Assembly (NCBI GenBank): GCA_017654855.1
Contig: CM030336.1
Location: 3,286,001 to 3,350,000, forward strand
Direction of reading: 5' to 3'
From: Podospora anserina
Taxonomy: Eukaryota
DNA: 64,000 nt
Below the pieces are notes generated by a model that saw nothing but the letters and a program-made list of their open reading frames with translations, did no database searches and was not told where the DNA came from. Positions within the stretch are counted from its first letter, which is position 1; every line of letters begins with the position of its first letter. Below, piece after piece: positions 11,700 to 23,100 of the stretch. The translations under genes and the position numbers were made by a program.

Positions 11700-12302
11700 G
11701 TTGGCGACGGTCTCGGAGCTGGGATGCGGCCTTCAAAAATGTCGACGTCAATCTGGGGAATTTCTCCAGCTTCAAGCTGCCACCAGCCACAGGACCCCAG
11801 ATTCTGGGTGCGCGTAAGCCACAGTCCAATCTGCCAAGTAGGCATCGCCCATGTTAAGGGGTGTGGCACCAAGGCCGAAAAAGGGAACATGTGGAGTCAG
11901 GAGGCAGCCGCTTGGCACAACGCAACGCGCTCTTGGTCAGCCGGGCCGGGCGCTATTCCACAGCACTGTCGCACTGCTGCACCCTCTCCAACCAACCTGA
12001 TTCCTCATCAAATCAACGACTCCCTGACGGAGCCACGCGCGCTCTTTTCTTTGCTTCTCTCTCTCTGCCTACCGTTTTTCCTTCAAACCTTGTTCGCCTT
12101 TTGTGTTCAAATCACTTCCTTACCTCGCCGTTTCCACACGTCTTTTTCCACTACCGACCTTTTACCTCCGATCGACGAACCCTTCCAACTTTCTGCGACA
12201 CTCGTTCTGTTTCCTAGCACATCTCTGACATCAAAGAGGGGGGCGATCCCATCACCTCTCAACAAAGATTAACCACAACCACATCGACTTACGACGCCCA
12301 CC

Positions 12303-13477
12303 ATGACGAGTCGGTACGAGCGGGTATGTTTGTTTCCAACGGTGGATGTTTCTGATGTCTCTGGCAACATGGAGGACTAACCTTTTGCACAGGTGAACAC
12401 CCGCGACGAAGAAGATCACCACACACCTGTCTCCAATGCGCCAAGGCCGACATATCCTATCCCAAACTCGCCACCACCATCTTTTCACTCGAGAGCATCG
12501 TCGATAATCGGCAGAGACAACGGGAACCGCCAAAACCAGGATCTTGACGACGCATTTGGAAGCGACGATGAGGATGCCTGGGATGACGAGCCGGATGATC
12601 GGCAGAGGCTGGTGCACGACAATACAACACCAAGTGCGAGCGACGCAGCCTCAATAACACCAGTGACGATGGCGACGACGGCACAGACGAGTGCACAGGC
12701 TTCGCAACCGTCGAGGCCAGTTGGGCAGGCACCGACAACGACGAGGGTGTACGGCGGCGGAATCCAGTCGGATGGCGTCTTTTCGAACTTGGCGGCCAAG
12801 CCAGAGAGGGGAGAACCAGAGAAGGAAGAACTTCCACCTGTATGTTCCCGGTGGCTACGCGAGGATGATGGTAGACAGTGGTACTGACCTTGAGACAGTC
12901 CTACGAACAGGCAGCAGCTGATTCTGCGCCCCCTTACTGGGAAACGACAGTCCTCGCCCCAGGGCTGGGCGGCTTTGACGACGTGTTTATCGACGGAATG
13001 CCGGTCGGTTCGATCTTCAGCTTCTTGTGGAACGGATTCATCTCGATGACCCTTCTCGTCGGTTTCCTGCTCTGCTACCTTCTACACACCACTCACGCGG
13101 CCAAAAACGGAGCGAAGGCCGGCTTGGGCATCCAACTCATTCAGTACGGCTTCATGATGCAGAGCGCACCACCATCTGGAGGCAGGTATGATGATGACCC
13201 GACTGCTGATAGCGGATTCATCAACCCTGTGGACCCGAACGCGCATGACTTTGACCCCGATAATGTGCAAGATCAGAACGGCGGTGGTGTAGACGATTTT
13301 ACAGGCGCCGATTGGGTGTCGTACCTCATGATGATTATCGGTTGGTTTGTTCTCATTCGGGCTGTCAGCGACTATCTGAAGGCGAGGAGACATGAGCAGC
13401 TTGTGCTTCAGAGCCCTGACCGGGGTCTCGGTATTCCTGTTATTGCCACGGGCGAGCGTCCCGACACCGTTGTGTAG
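12303..13477 (+). CDS. BSD2: Bsd2 / NDFIP-like Rsp5 ubiquitin-ligase adaptor (metal homeostasis)
   Basis: MTSRYER | ... PPSF ... DGVFSNLAAKP ... LPP|SYEQAAADSAPPYWETT (PY motifs) ... DGMPVGSIFSFLWN ... HAAKNGAKAGLG, with three hydrophobic segments. Introns 12324-12392 and 12840-12898. Confidence 0.88.
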
Positions 13478-14225
13478 TCTTTTTTTCCCCTTGTTTTATA
13501 CCACTCATCATTACTGCCTCTGGGTTTCGTTTGTAATATCTGCATTCTCAAGCTGGCATTATGGGCATTTTATTGACCCCAGCACAACAAGAACACGGCG
13601 CTTGCATTTCAGTGACTTTGTACGGCGCCGGGTTTAGCTACAGACAGACTCGACAGTGAAACATTTCTAAATATACCGAGTACATGTTATGCTCAAGATG
13701 TTGTTTACACTCGTGACGAGCCCCCTCCTGCATTGCAGCCGCGGCGGGATGTCGAGGGCGGGGTGAATGCGGGGCTGCTCATGACCACCGTGGTTGGATG
13801 TATTACCATTACATCACATGTCGTCAACTGACCATCAGCTTTGTTGTGTTTGCGTGAGATTTCTGCAGCCGACAGTATCGTTTGTTTTTTTCATTTCCGT
13901 TTCTCTCATCTCCATAAATATTTCTAGGATTCCCTACAACAGTCCGCCTCATCATCCACCACGCTCTCAAATCCAACCTGTAAGTGCCATCCGCTGACCA
14001 ACATCATCACCCACTCCTAACATCTTTTTGCAGAATCAAACTCCCACAACTTCAAAAAGCTCAGCTGCCGTGGCCACCCTACGCAAAGCCCTCCTCACGT
14101 CCCGCCTCGCGCTCCTCTCCTCCCTCCCGCCCTTTGGGTCAGCACTCTTGATCTACGAGTACCAGTCCCGTCACCCGCCGCACTTCCAACCCTACTCGTC
14201 TTTCACGCCCACCAAATTCGACACC

Positions 14226-14942
14226 ATGGCCTGGCGCAGCTCGGGCACCTCCAACAGCGAGCTGGTCGAGAACCTCTGGCGCAACGAGATGATCACCCAC
14301 CCCGAGGTGAAATCCGCTTTTTTAAAAGTCGACCGCGCGCATTATGCTCCCAGGTCCCCATATGAAGACTGTCCTCAGCCTATAGGGCACCACGCTACTA
14401 TTTCAGCGCCGCACATGCACGCCTCTGCGGTGGAGCACTTGCTGCAGTTTATAATGCCGGGCGAGGAGAGGCCGGCGCCGAGGGTGCTAGATATAGGGAG
14501 CGGATCGGGGTATTTGACTCATGTGCTTGCCGAGCTGGTGGGGGAGAGGGGGAGGGTGGTGGGGGTGGAGCATATTGAGCCGTTGAAGGAGCTGGGGGAG
14601 AGGAATATGAAGAAGTCGAGGGAGGGGAGGGAGTTGATTGAGGGGGGGAGGGTTAGGTTTAGGGTTGGGGATGGGAGGAAGGGGTGGAGGGATGAGGAGG
14701 AACAGGGGAGGAAGAGTTGGGATGCGATTCATGTGGGGGCGGCGGCGGTGAAGGTGCATGAGGAGTTGCTGGAGCAGTTGGCTAGCCCGGGGAGGATGTT
14801 TATTCCTGTGGATGATGAGGATGATCCGCAGGGGTGGGGACAGCATATTTGGTGTGTGGATAAGGATGAGAAGGGGGAGGTGAAAAAGAGGAAGTTGTTT
14901 GGGGTTAGGTATGTGCCATTGACGGATGCACCGAAGGCTTGA
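14226..14942 (+). CDS. pcm: Protein-L-isoaspartate(D-aspartate) O-methyltransferase
   Basis: MAWRSSGTSNSELVENL...VDRAHY...PQPIGHHATISAPHMHA...LDIGSGSGY...GDGRKG...DAIHVGAAA...GVRYVPLTD. Confidence 0.95.
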   Translation: MAWRSSGTSNSELVENLWRNEMITHPEVKSAFLKVDRAHYAPRSPYEDCPQPIGHHATISAPHMHASAVEHLLQFIMPGEERPAPRVLDIGSGSGYLTHVLAELVGERGRVVGVEHIEPLKELGERNMKKSREGRELIEGGRVRFRVGDGRKGWRDEEEQGRKSWDAIHVGAAAVKVHEELLEQLASPGRMFIPVDDEDDPQGWGQHIWCVDKDEKGEVKKRKLFGVRYVPLTDAPKA

Positions 14943-15406
14943 GAGGTGACGTAAATTAGGAGATGCTTTGTTCAATAGCTTGAAGGTGTTTAGCACTTCG
15001 GTTCACTCTTCACGCATCTTTGTGCTGAAGTTGAAAGTAGGTATGATATGCCCTACTAGAATATGTGTCACCGGATGTATTTCAGGCAAGTTAAAGGAAG
15101 TCGTGGGTCGTATATTGTCACAATCGGAAGTGTAAAATCAAGGCACGATTTAAGTGCTTCTTTCTATGCTTTGATTTCTTAATGCCCTGTGTGAGGTTTC
15201 ATATGTCTTGCAAAAGAGCTATCAACTGGTCAAGGCAAGTGACAACTCCACTAGGTTGTCTCTAAGTCTAGATTTAGTTGTCCAAAACATGAACTGTGGT
15301 GCAGGACAGCTTCGAACAATGTATCATCAATTGGAGTATCGGATAGAAAGAATGTTTGCCCACATCCGCCAATGTTGTCGTGGCAAAAGGGGAAAAATCG
15401 ATGGCA

Positions 15407-16669
15407 CTACCAGTCATCCTCCTCCAACTTGAACATGGGGAGCGGATTTGTTTGTGGAGGGGACATAGGCGTGGGCTCATCTTCCAGGTCTTGCTTGATC
15501 CTGATTGAACTCAGGGCCACGGGCTCATCGTCTGGGTCGGGCTTGATTCTGGGTGAACGTATGACCGGGGATTGATCCTCTTCGTCCTCGGGGTCTGGCT
15601 TGATTCTGAGTGAATGCAGTGCCAGTGGTTCGTCCTCTGGATATGGCTTGAGTCTGGCTGAAGCCATGGTCAGTGGTTTGACCCTCGCTGATCGCATGAT
15701 CATGGGCTCATCCTCCGAGTCCAGCTCGATCACATCTTGCCCACCTCCATTCCACTGAACAGACCGACCAGCCGCCACTCCCTCCTCCACCTTCACCCTC
15801 TTATTCCCCCCACTCCCCATCTCCTCTTTAACCTTCCTCTTCTTCTCCTTCTTCACGGTAGCTTTCACAACCGGCTTCTCCTCCCTTTTCACCCTGTTAT
15901 TCCCCCTCCCCTTCTTTTGCGCCCCTTCCCCTCCCCAAAACGGCAGCATCTCCTGTCTCCTCTGCACAGTAACCGCCCACTCCAACTCCCTCCTCCGCCT
16001 CCCCCTCCCCCTCCGACTCCAAAACTCCTCATGCTCCTCCAAACACTGCATCTCCGTCTCCCGTTCCATAACCTTCCCCCTCCCCCTCTGTCCCCCCAAC
16101 GCCATCCACCTCTCCCACCCAGCCACAAACCTCACCATCTCCCCATAAAACCTCACTCTCTTCACAGTCAAGCGTCCCACCCTCCTCTCCTCCCTCCCCT
16201 CCCAAGCTTTCCCCCACCGCTCCACAAATTCCGCCCACCTAGGCAACTGCACCCACTCCTCCTTTTGTCTACCCCCCATGAGCAAATAAACCTGTTGACA
16301 TCGACTGTGGTCCAAACTCCCGGGGCAATCCGTCAAGATGGTCAACCTGTTCGCGTTGGTAATCCGCTGCATAAACGGCATGTCGAACGGGGCTCGATAG
16401 GCAATAATCTCATCTGCTGTGAGGGTGGGATTACCGTAGCGGTAGCGTGCGAGCCGGAGGAGCAAGAGCTGTGAGTGTTTGGCGTAGACGCGCCAGGCTT
16501 GGGGGCAGGCCCGGAGGAAGTTGGAGAGGGTTGTTGCTGAGGGGATGGCTTCTAGGATGTGAAGGAGGAGTTCTGGGGCGAGGGTGGAGAGGGTTGGGGT
16601 TGGGGTTGTTGTTGGCGAGGGAGAAGAGGGTGGGGGTGTCATTTCGGCGGCTTGTTCGGTTGTGGTCAT
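15407..16669 (-). CDS. Hypothetical 420-aa protein with F-box-like N-terminus, basic NLS-like region and repetitive acidic C-terminus
   Basis: Uninterrupted ORF. LSTLAPELLLHILEAI is F-box-like; KKEKKRKVK; repeated RIKPDP/RIKQDL units. Confidence 0.75.
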   Translation of the reverse strand: MTTTEQAAEMTPPPSSPSPTTTPTPTLSTLAPELLLHILEAIPSATTLSNFLRACPQAWRVYAKHSQLLLLRLARYRYGNPTLTADEIIAYRAPFDMPFMQRITNANRLTILTDCPGSLDHSRCQQVYLLMGGRQKEEWVQLPRWAEFVERWGKAWEGREERRVGRLTVKRVRFYGEMVRFVAGWERWMALGGQRGRGKVMERETEMQCLEEHEEFWSRRGRGRRRRELEWAVTVQRRQEMLPFWGGEGAQKKGRGNNRVKREEKPVVKATVKKEKKRKVKEEMGSGGNKRVKVEEGVAAGRSVQWNGGGQDVIELDSEDEPMIMRSARVKPLTMASARLKPYPEDEPLALHSLRIKPDPEDEEDQSPVIRSPRIKPDPDDEPVALSSIRIKQDLEDEPTPMSPPQTNPLPMFKLEEDDW

Positions 16670-17318
16670 GATTCTTAGCCGCTGAAAGAAATGGTAAAAG
16701 ATTGTTTGTATCGACCGCAGTTCTTGGGGATATGCTGCGCGGGTGTGTGTTGATGGGCGGTGATGTGAAAGAGACGAGGTTGACTGTGGAACCTTGCAGC
16801 AAAAAGTTTTTCAGGGTTCAAAAACCGCCAAATGCGATTGCTGCAACAGTTCTGAAAGAGGGATTATAAAAGAACGAACGGGAACTGGAAGTCAAGGGGA
16901 ATTTAAACCGATTTTTGGTTCTGTTTAAAACTTTGTTCTGTGCCTGGATTTGAGTTTATTTCACACGAGACGGCGCCACCCATAACCCTCCACCGCCGCA
17001 AAACACAAAATCTGGTGGGCGACATTTCGCAACAAACCTAGATAACAATCACCACATCGAAGCAAAAGAGACGTGTACTTTGCAAAAACACTGGCGGCGT
17101 AATTTTCCGCAGTATACAAGAATGCCCAAACTCAGGCAAGTAATCCACCCGACAAACTCCAACAACCCAACCTTGCTAGTATACAAACAGAAATGGCCTC
17201 ATATACAATAAAGCACCGCCTCATTCAGCAAAGAAAACCAACCCTTGACATCAGTCATGATAGCTGCCTCACAGCCTTTGCGTGAATTCGTGGAGCCAAG
17301 AAATGCTACAACCATTCC

Positions 17319-19224
17319 TCAAACCCTGTCCTTCTCACCAAACACACCAGTCCCCTGCTTCCCCTCGGCATCCAGACCATCCAGCTCACCCCCCGTGTTG
17401 AGCACAAACTCCTCCTTGTCAATGTGCTGAAAGGTAAAGTAGAAAAGCACCGTCATCACAGCCCCAACCATGGTCGGACCAGCAAACACCCAAATCAGGT
17501 TGGGGTCCTTGATCGCAGGCGCAGACGCCAACCCAACAGCTGCCGACACGCCAACCATCATCAGGTTGAGACTCGAAACGAGACCCTTCATGTTCTTGGG
17601 CGACCGGCTGTACGCAATGCCATACGACGTGACATTGACAAAGATCTCCGAGATGGCGTTCACGATGACAGGGATGGAATACCACAGGTATGAGACCTGG
17701 GAGACTGTTACCGAGCCCTCAGGGAGAATGTCTGCGCATGTCGTGGCGTTGAACCCGCACGGCGATGTCTTGTAGGCGTAATACTGGAGGATGGCGAAGC
17801 CCGATGATCCCACGGTGCAGAGAGCGAAACCAGACGTCATGCGGCTGATAGGCCCCCATGAAATTCCGCGTTTTTGCAGGAAGGGATAGACGAGATGATT
17901 CATCACCGGCACCACTGCAGGCTTGTATTAGAAGGCGTGATACTTGCTCATGGCAAGAAGAGCGACACTTACTGATTACAATACTAATGGAATTCAGATT
18001 GTCCAGCAGATCATTGGGAAGACCCTTAGTATCCAGACTGGCAGACAAGGCATTGGCTGCGGCGCCAATGCCACTACCGTTGATGTAGTATATGGGCGTA
18101 AAGGCAAAGATACCGCAGGCCTGGAATGTTCGACGGACGTCGTCCACGAAGTTGTCGTCATACCCATAATGCTTTGTGCTGCCAGCAGCAAGACGCACAC
18201 TTGGCTTGCCCTGGTTCCAGAACCCGCTACGCCCGATGCTGGTGATACCACCATGGCGAAGGCAGTCGCCCAAGACCTTGAACACGTTGCCTAGATCCGA
18301 ACCGCCGGCCTGTTGCTTGATGAGCCTGGGGTTGAGGTACCACAGGAGCGGGGGAAGCATCAGGTACAAGATTGTGGGAATCAAGTACGCAGCCCAGTAA
18401 CCGACCAGCTTGGCGAGGTAGGTGGTGGGAACACCGAAGCAAGCACCAATGTTGATCAGGAGATAGAACCACAGCATGACGCTGTTAATAGAAGCCTCGG
18501 GGTCCACGATGACCCTCTCGCCGTTCTGCTCAATCACATGTGCGACCTTGTGTGGACTTTGATCCATGACCATTGGGGAGATGTTGGGTTTGAACTGGGC
18601 TAGAAGGGTGTCAGTGAGGGGGCAAACGTGTACTCGGTTGGTTACCTATCTGTACTCACCAGCTCCGATGGCCAACATGTACAAAGACAGGGCAAACGGG
18701 ACCATAGCCTTGCCCGCCATGAGAACAGGTGGGAGTGAGGACAAAACCATCATGACATGGGCGACACCGCAGATGCCCACGCCCCAGCAAACCATCTTGA
18801 ACCGGCCATACTTGGCATCGGCCATCCAACCGAACAGCACCGGCAGAGTGTAGGCCATCATCTTGAAGGCCTCGGTCATGGCGCTGGCAACAACAGAACC
18901 CTGACCAAGCGCACCGGCGGTGTACAGCGAACCAGGAGCCGTGGCACCAGTGCCGTTTCCATCAGGGGGAAGAGGCGCGCGGATGAAGTTCTTGTAGACT
19001 TGATTGCAGCCGTAGTAAGAGGCGCGTTCGGCGAATTCGACAGCGCAGAGCAGGTAGCAGGTGTTGGGCATCTTCCCGGCAACGCGACGTAAGGTCCGCT
19101 TCTCCTCCTCGGTGGGCAGCACCAGGCCGTTGACCGTCTCTCTGACCTGTTCCGAAGAGGGCTCATAGTTGGGGATTGTTGTGATCCCGGTTGACTTCTT
19201 GTGTACGTCTCGGACCGGGGCCAT
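17319..19224 (-). CDS. PTR2: POT/PTR family proton-dependent oligopeptide transporter (3 exons)
   Basis: VEFAERASYYG (ExxER motif), ADAKYGRFK, GAAQFKPNISP, FYLLINIGA, YSRSPKNMKG. Introns 18600-18659 and 17915-17972. Confidence 0.93.
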
Positions 19225-20181
19225 ACAGGTGGCAGCTGTCGTGGCGCTATCTGCTGTTGGGTTGGCTGTCAGTTTTATTTCCCTTGTGAAATACAGGAAT
19301 AGAAAATAGTGAATAACATACCCATTCTGCTTGTCGGTATCGATTATCGTCTTTGTTTGTTTGCAGCGAATATGGAAGCGGAGGAGGAGTTCGGCCGAGA
19401 AGGTGCGAGTGGTGTTTGGGCGGAGGGATTGGGGCTTGTCAGGACAGGTTCCTGCCTCGAGTTAAGACGACTTGAGCAGATAGGAAAGCGCACGTTTTTC
19501 TGTGGTCCGGTGGGACGCTTCTTCGTGTCTTGCTCCTGCTGTGTCGGCCTTGAAGAGGTGGGTAGGTACAGGTTGCACCTTCCACAAGTCAACAACAACA
19601 GACAACAGCGGGGTCATATCAACTCTCAGGAAAGTGCGATTCCTGTCTCCCTTGGCCTTATCTAAGGTTTGGCCATCGGTTGCGACATAACTGATTCATT
19701 CAGCCCGTCTAGGTAGATAAGCGTCAGATTTCATGTGGAGATTGAGGAAGTGGAACTTGGGGATTTCCGATACGCCTGTCCTCCGGTCAGAAGACATAGG
19801 CAGAGATTCACAAACAGCATGGTTCTCAATATATGTGTCCATATATCTGCTACAAAACTATACTCCAACCTCCAGCAATAACCGCAACAATACTGCATCC
19901 TTCCCGCATTTACATTCCCCCGGTATCATCATAGAACTACAAGAAAACTCCCTTTGCCACCCCAGACTCCGTTCCCATGCAGAAGAAATGGGTACCATCC
20001 TGCGGCACCGTGCCGCTAATGCAATGCTAAATAAAAGTACAAAGCCACCAGAAAAACTACGCCTGAAATTGATGCATGTTCCCCCTTTTTCCCGTCCTGG
20101 TTTTGTTGCAAAGCGATGAAAGATAGCAGAAAATCTCCGTTTTCTTAGCTTGGAGAGGATAAAGGCCCCCAAAAGACCAAG

Positions 20182-23100
20182 TTAATCAACCCCATACCCC
20201 TCTGCCGATCCGGACCCCCTCCTCTCCTTCCCTTTCCCCTTGTCCGTCGGAGGCTCTGGCTCTAGCTCCTCGGGCTGTTCGATACTCTCCATGGTAAAGC
20301 CCGACCCCAAGACCTCCATATCGATGTCGTCTTGCTCGACAAAATCACCAGCAGCCCAACTCTGAGGAGTGCTAGTGGGCGCAGACGTGCGACGGGGAGG
20401 ATAGCTTGGTTCGGCGAACGCCGGAGCGGAGGATGGTCTGAACCTGCTGGCGGTGTATCTCCCTCTTGGAAACCCTCGATGGGATGGAGTGGAGGTCGGG
20501 GCAGGGTACACGGCGCTGGTGTAGGATTGGGTGCTGCTCGGGGTGCTTGGTGGCTCATAATGGATGGAGGAAGCACCACCGCGGCGAGCAACGCCCAATT
20601 CCACAGGTGGTAGCGAAGCTGGGGAGGGGTGAGAGCTTGACGAACGCAACGAAGGTGCCAATGGTCGGAGCGGAGAGGAGGCTGTTTCACTGGCGGTGTA
20701 GCGCGAGCCGGTTTCTTCGTCGTCAATGTCCATGCTGGCCTCAGAATGAAAAGCCGAGACCATTATAGGTCCAGGAGACGGACCAGGAACCTCTGGATGC
20801 GGAGGGCAACCACGATCTTCGAGGTACTTGACGATGCTTTTCCCCTTGCCGGTCAAGTATCCGAGCCGGTCCTGTTTGCTGGCATCGACGTCCAAACGAT
20901 CGTAGCCAGGGAGGTCGTCGCCCTTCCAGCACTGGTACCCCTTCCGGGTTGGGCCAAATGTCATGACCAACGACTTTCGAGGAGGCATGACGTCTATCAT
21001 TTCTACGTCGAGTTCCGGTTTTGGGGACCGCTCGTTAAAGTCGAGGTCGAAGCCAAAGTCGGCATGATCCTTGATCTCCGCTCCATGAGGGGAACCAAGA
21101 AGCCGCGCCGTAGCTTGGTCAATCAGCATGTCCTTTGTCGTTGAGATCGCCTTCCACACCCTCACCTCCTTCTCCAGCGCCGCCGTTTTGATCTTTTCAG
21201 CCCTGACACGCATGATGAGAGCCCGGATCGCGTCATCAATCCTCTCGTGCTCTGCTTCTAGGTCTCTAATCATTTTGTAGAGGCCTTCTTTCTTCAGAGA
21301 CTTGAGTTTGCAATCTGGAAACGGCTCAGCTCGGAGGGCCATGGGGAGGACTATGGCCACATCTGCAGTGGGTTCCCTGGAGCAGAGGAAGTTAGCAAAG
21401 AATAAATACAAACCAAAGAGACAAAGGAGAGGGTCAACAAACATGGAAGAAACTCCATTTCCATCTTTTCTGGGGATGTCACCAGCGGACTGGATCTCTC
21501 TGGCCTTTTGCAGCATGTCTTTGACCACTGGGTCGATCGTGCTCCCCGCTTCCATCAAGTTGGACAACACGGCTGGGTCCATGCAGCCCTCCGCTGCCTT
21601 GGACAACTGGCTGTTCAGGTCTTCCACGGTGAGCTGAAACTTAGCCAACTGCCCTCTGCTGGATTCCAGTTGCCGGAGTGTCTCATTCTTTTGCCGAGAG
21701 ACAGTCTGTAACTGTATCTGCAACTCCTCAACCTTCTGCCGACATCTCTCCAACTCCCTGGACGCCTCCTCATGTTGAGCCTTGGCATCCCTAAGTTTAG
21801 GCGCCCATTCGCTCTCCATGTGCGCAAATTCCGGGTCGTCCCCTTCCTCAAGGGCCTTCTCCCGTCTTCTGAAAAAGTCGGCGTCGTCTTCAGCCTGAAG
21901 CAGCGCGGCCTTGGTTGCTTCGAGAGTATGCAACGCCTGGTCCCTTTCCGCGCCTAGCTTGTTCATATGCGTACACAATGTCTTGTTACTCTCCGCCAGT
22001 TTCGCCCGCTCGTGGGTGAGGTCGTTGTATTGGTTGAAGAGCCGGTCGAGTTGCTCCTTGGCTGAGGCCAACTCCATATCTTTCTGCTGGATCTGACTCT
22101 CGAGATGGGCGGTATGGGATTGGATAGCGGCTTGGTTGCCGGGTCTATTGCCGGGATGTAGCTGGGCTTGGAGCTCGGCAATGGTAGCTTGCATTGCCTG
22201 TATGGTTTGTGACTGACCAGCCACTTCTGTGTCGAGCTGGATAATGGTTGCCTCATTCTGCTTGATCGTCTCCAGATTCTTGTCATCCTGCGCCTTGTGC
22301 CTCTGAAGCTCCTCCTGCGCTTGCACCCTCTGCGCCTCGCCCTCAATCGCCCAGTTTTGGCAGGCGGCGAGTTCAACTTCGAGATCCTTGACTTTCTCTT
22401 CGAGATGGGCGATTTGCTCACCCTTGGTGGCGAGTTGGTTCTTGAGCGATGTGACGTAAGCGCGAGACATGTCAGATGCCTTTTTTGACGACTCAAGCTT
22501 GCCAGCCTGGCGTTGGTACATGTCTCTGTGCCCATTCGCATCTTTGACAGCCTCGTCTCTCTCTGATTGAACGCGAGAAAGCTGCTCATTGACGCTCTGG
22601 AGAGTGGCTTTCAGTGTCTCCATCTCGGGTGCTGCTTCAGACCTGAGGCGGGTCAACTCGTCTTCGAGACTCGCGATCACGGTCTCCATCATTTCCTTTT
22701 CTTGATCAAAGGCTTGTCTCTGTTGTTCAAGTCTCGCTTCACACTCACCAGCCCTCTCTTGCTGCTGTCTCAACTCAGCCTCTGACTCAACAAGTTGCCG
22801 CTGTTGACGAGCCAGTTCCTCCTCCAAACCTTCGACGCGTGCGTTGGCCTCGTCCTCCTTCTCCCAGACAGACCTGAGATTACTTCCAAAATTCTTCTTT
22901 TCTTGCTGGTCTTTGTAGTAATTAGTCCGGAACCCCTCGCACTCCTTCTCAGCCTTGTCGAGCCGTTGCTTCAGAGTCTCAATCTCGTGCTCAGAGTCTT
23001 TAAGTCTGACCCTCAGTGACTCTGCCTCAAGGTCCGGAAGCTTGTTCTTGTCCTTGTTTGCGCCTCCAGAGCTGTCGCTCTCGCTGGTAGCGACGACCTG

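Noticed and set aside
11198-12272. 230-aa minus ORF and 197-aa plus ORF
   Set aside because: Better explained by spliced CBP6 and the pyrimidine-rich divergent CBP6/BSD2 promoter and 5' UTR.
14487-16474. Pro/Leu/His-rich ORFs 14487-14996 and 15737-16474
   Set aside because: Antisense shadows of G-rich coding sequence.
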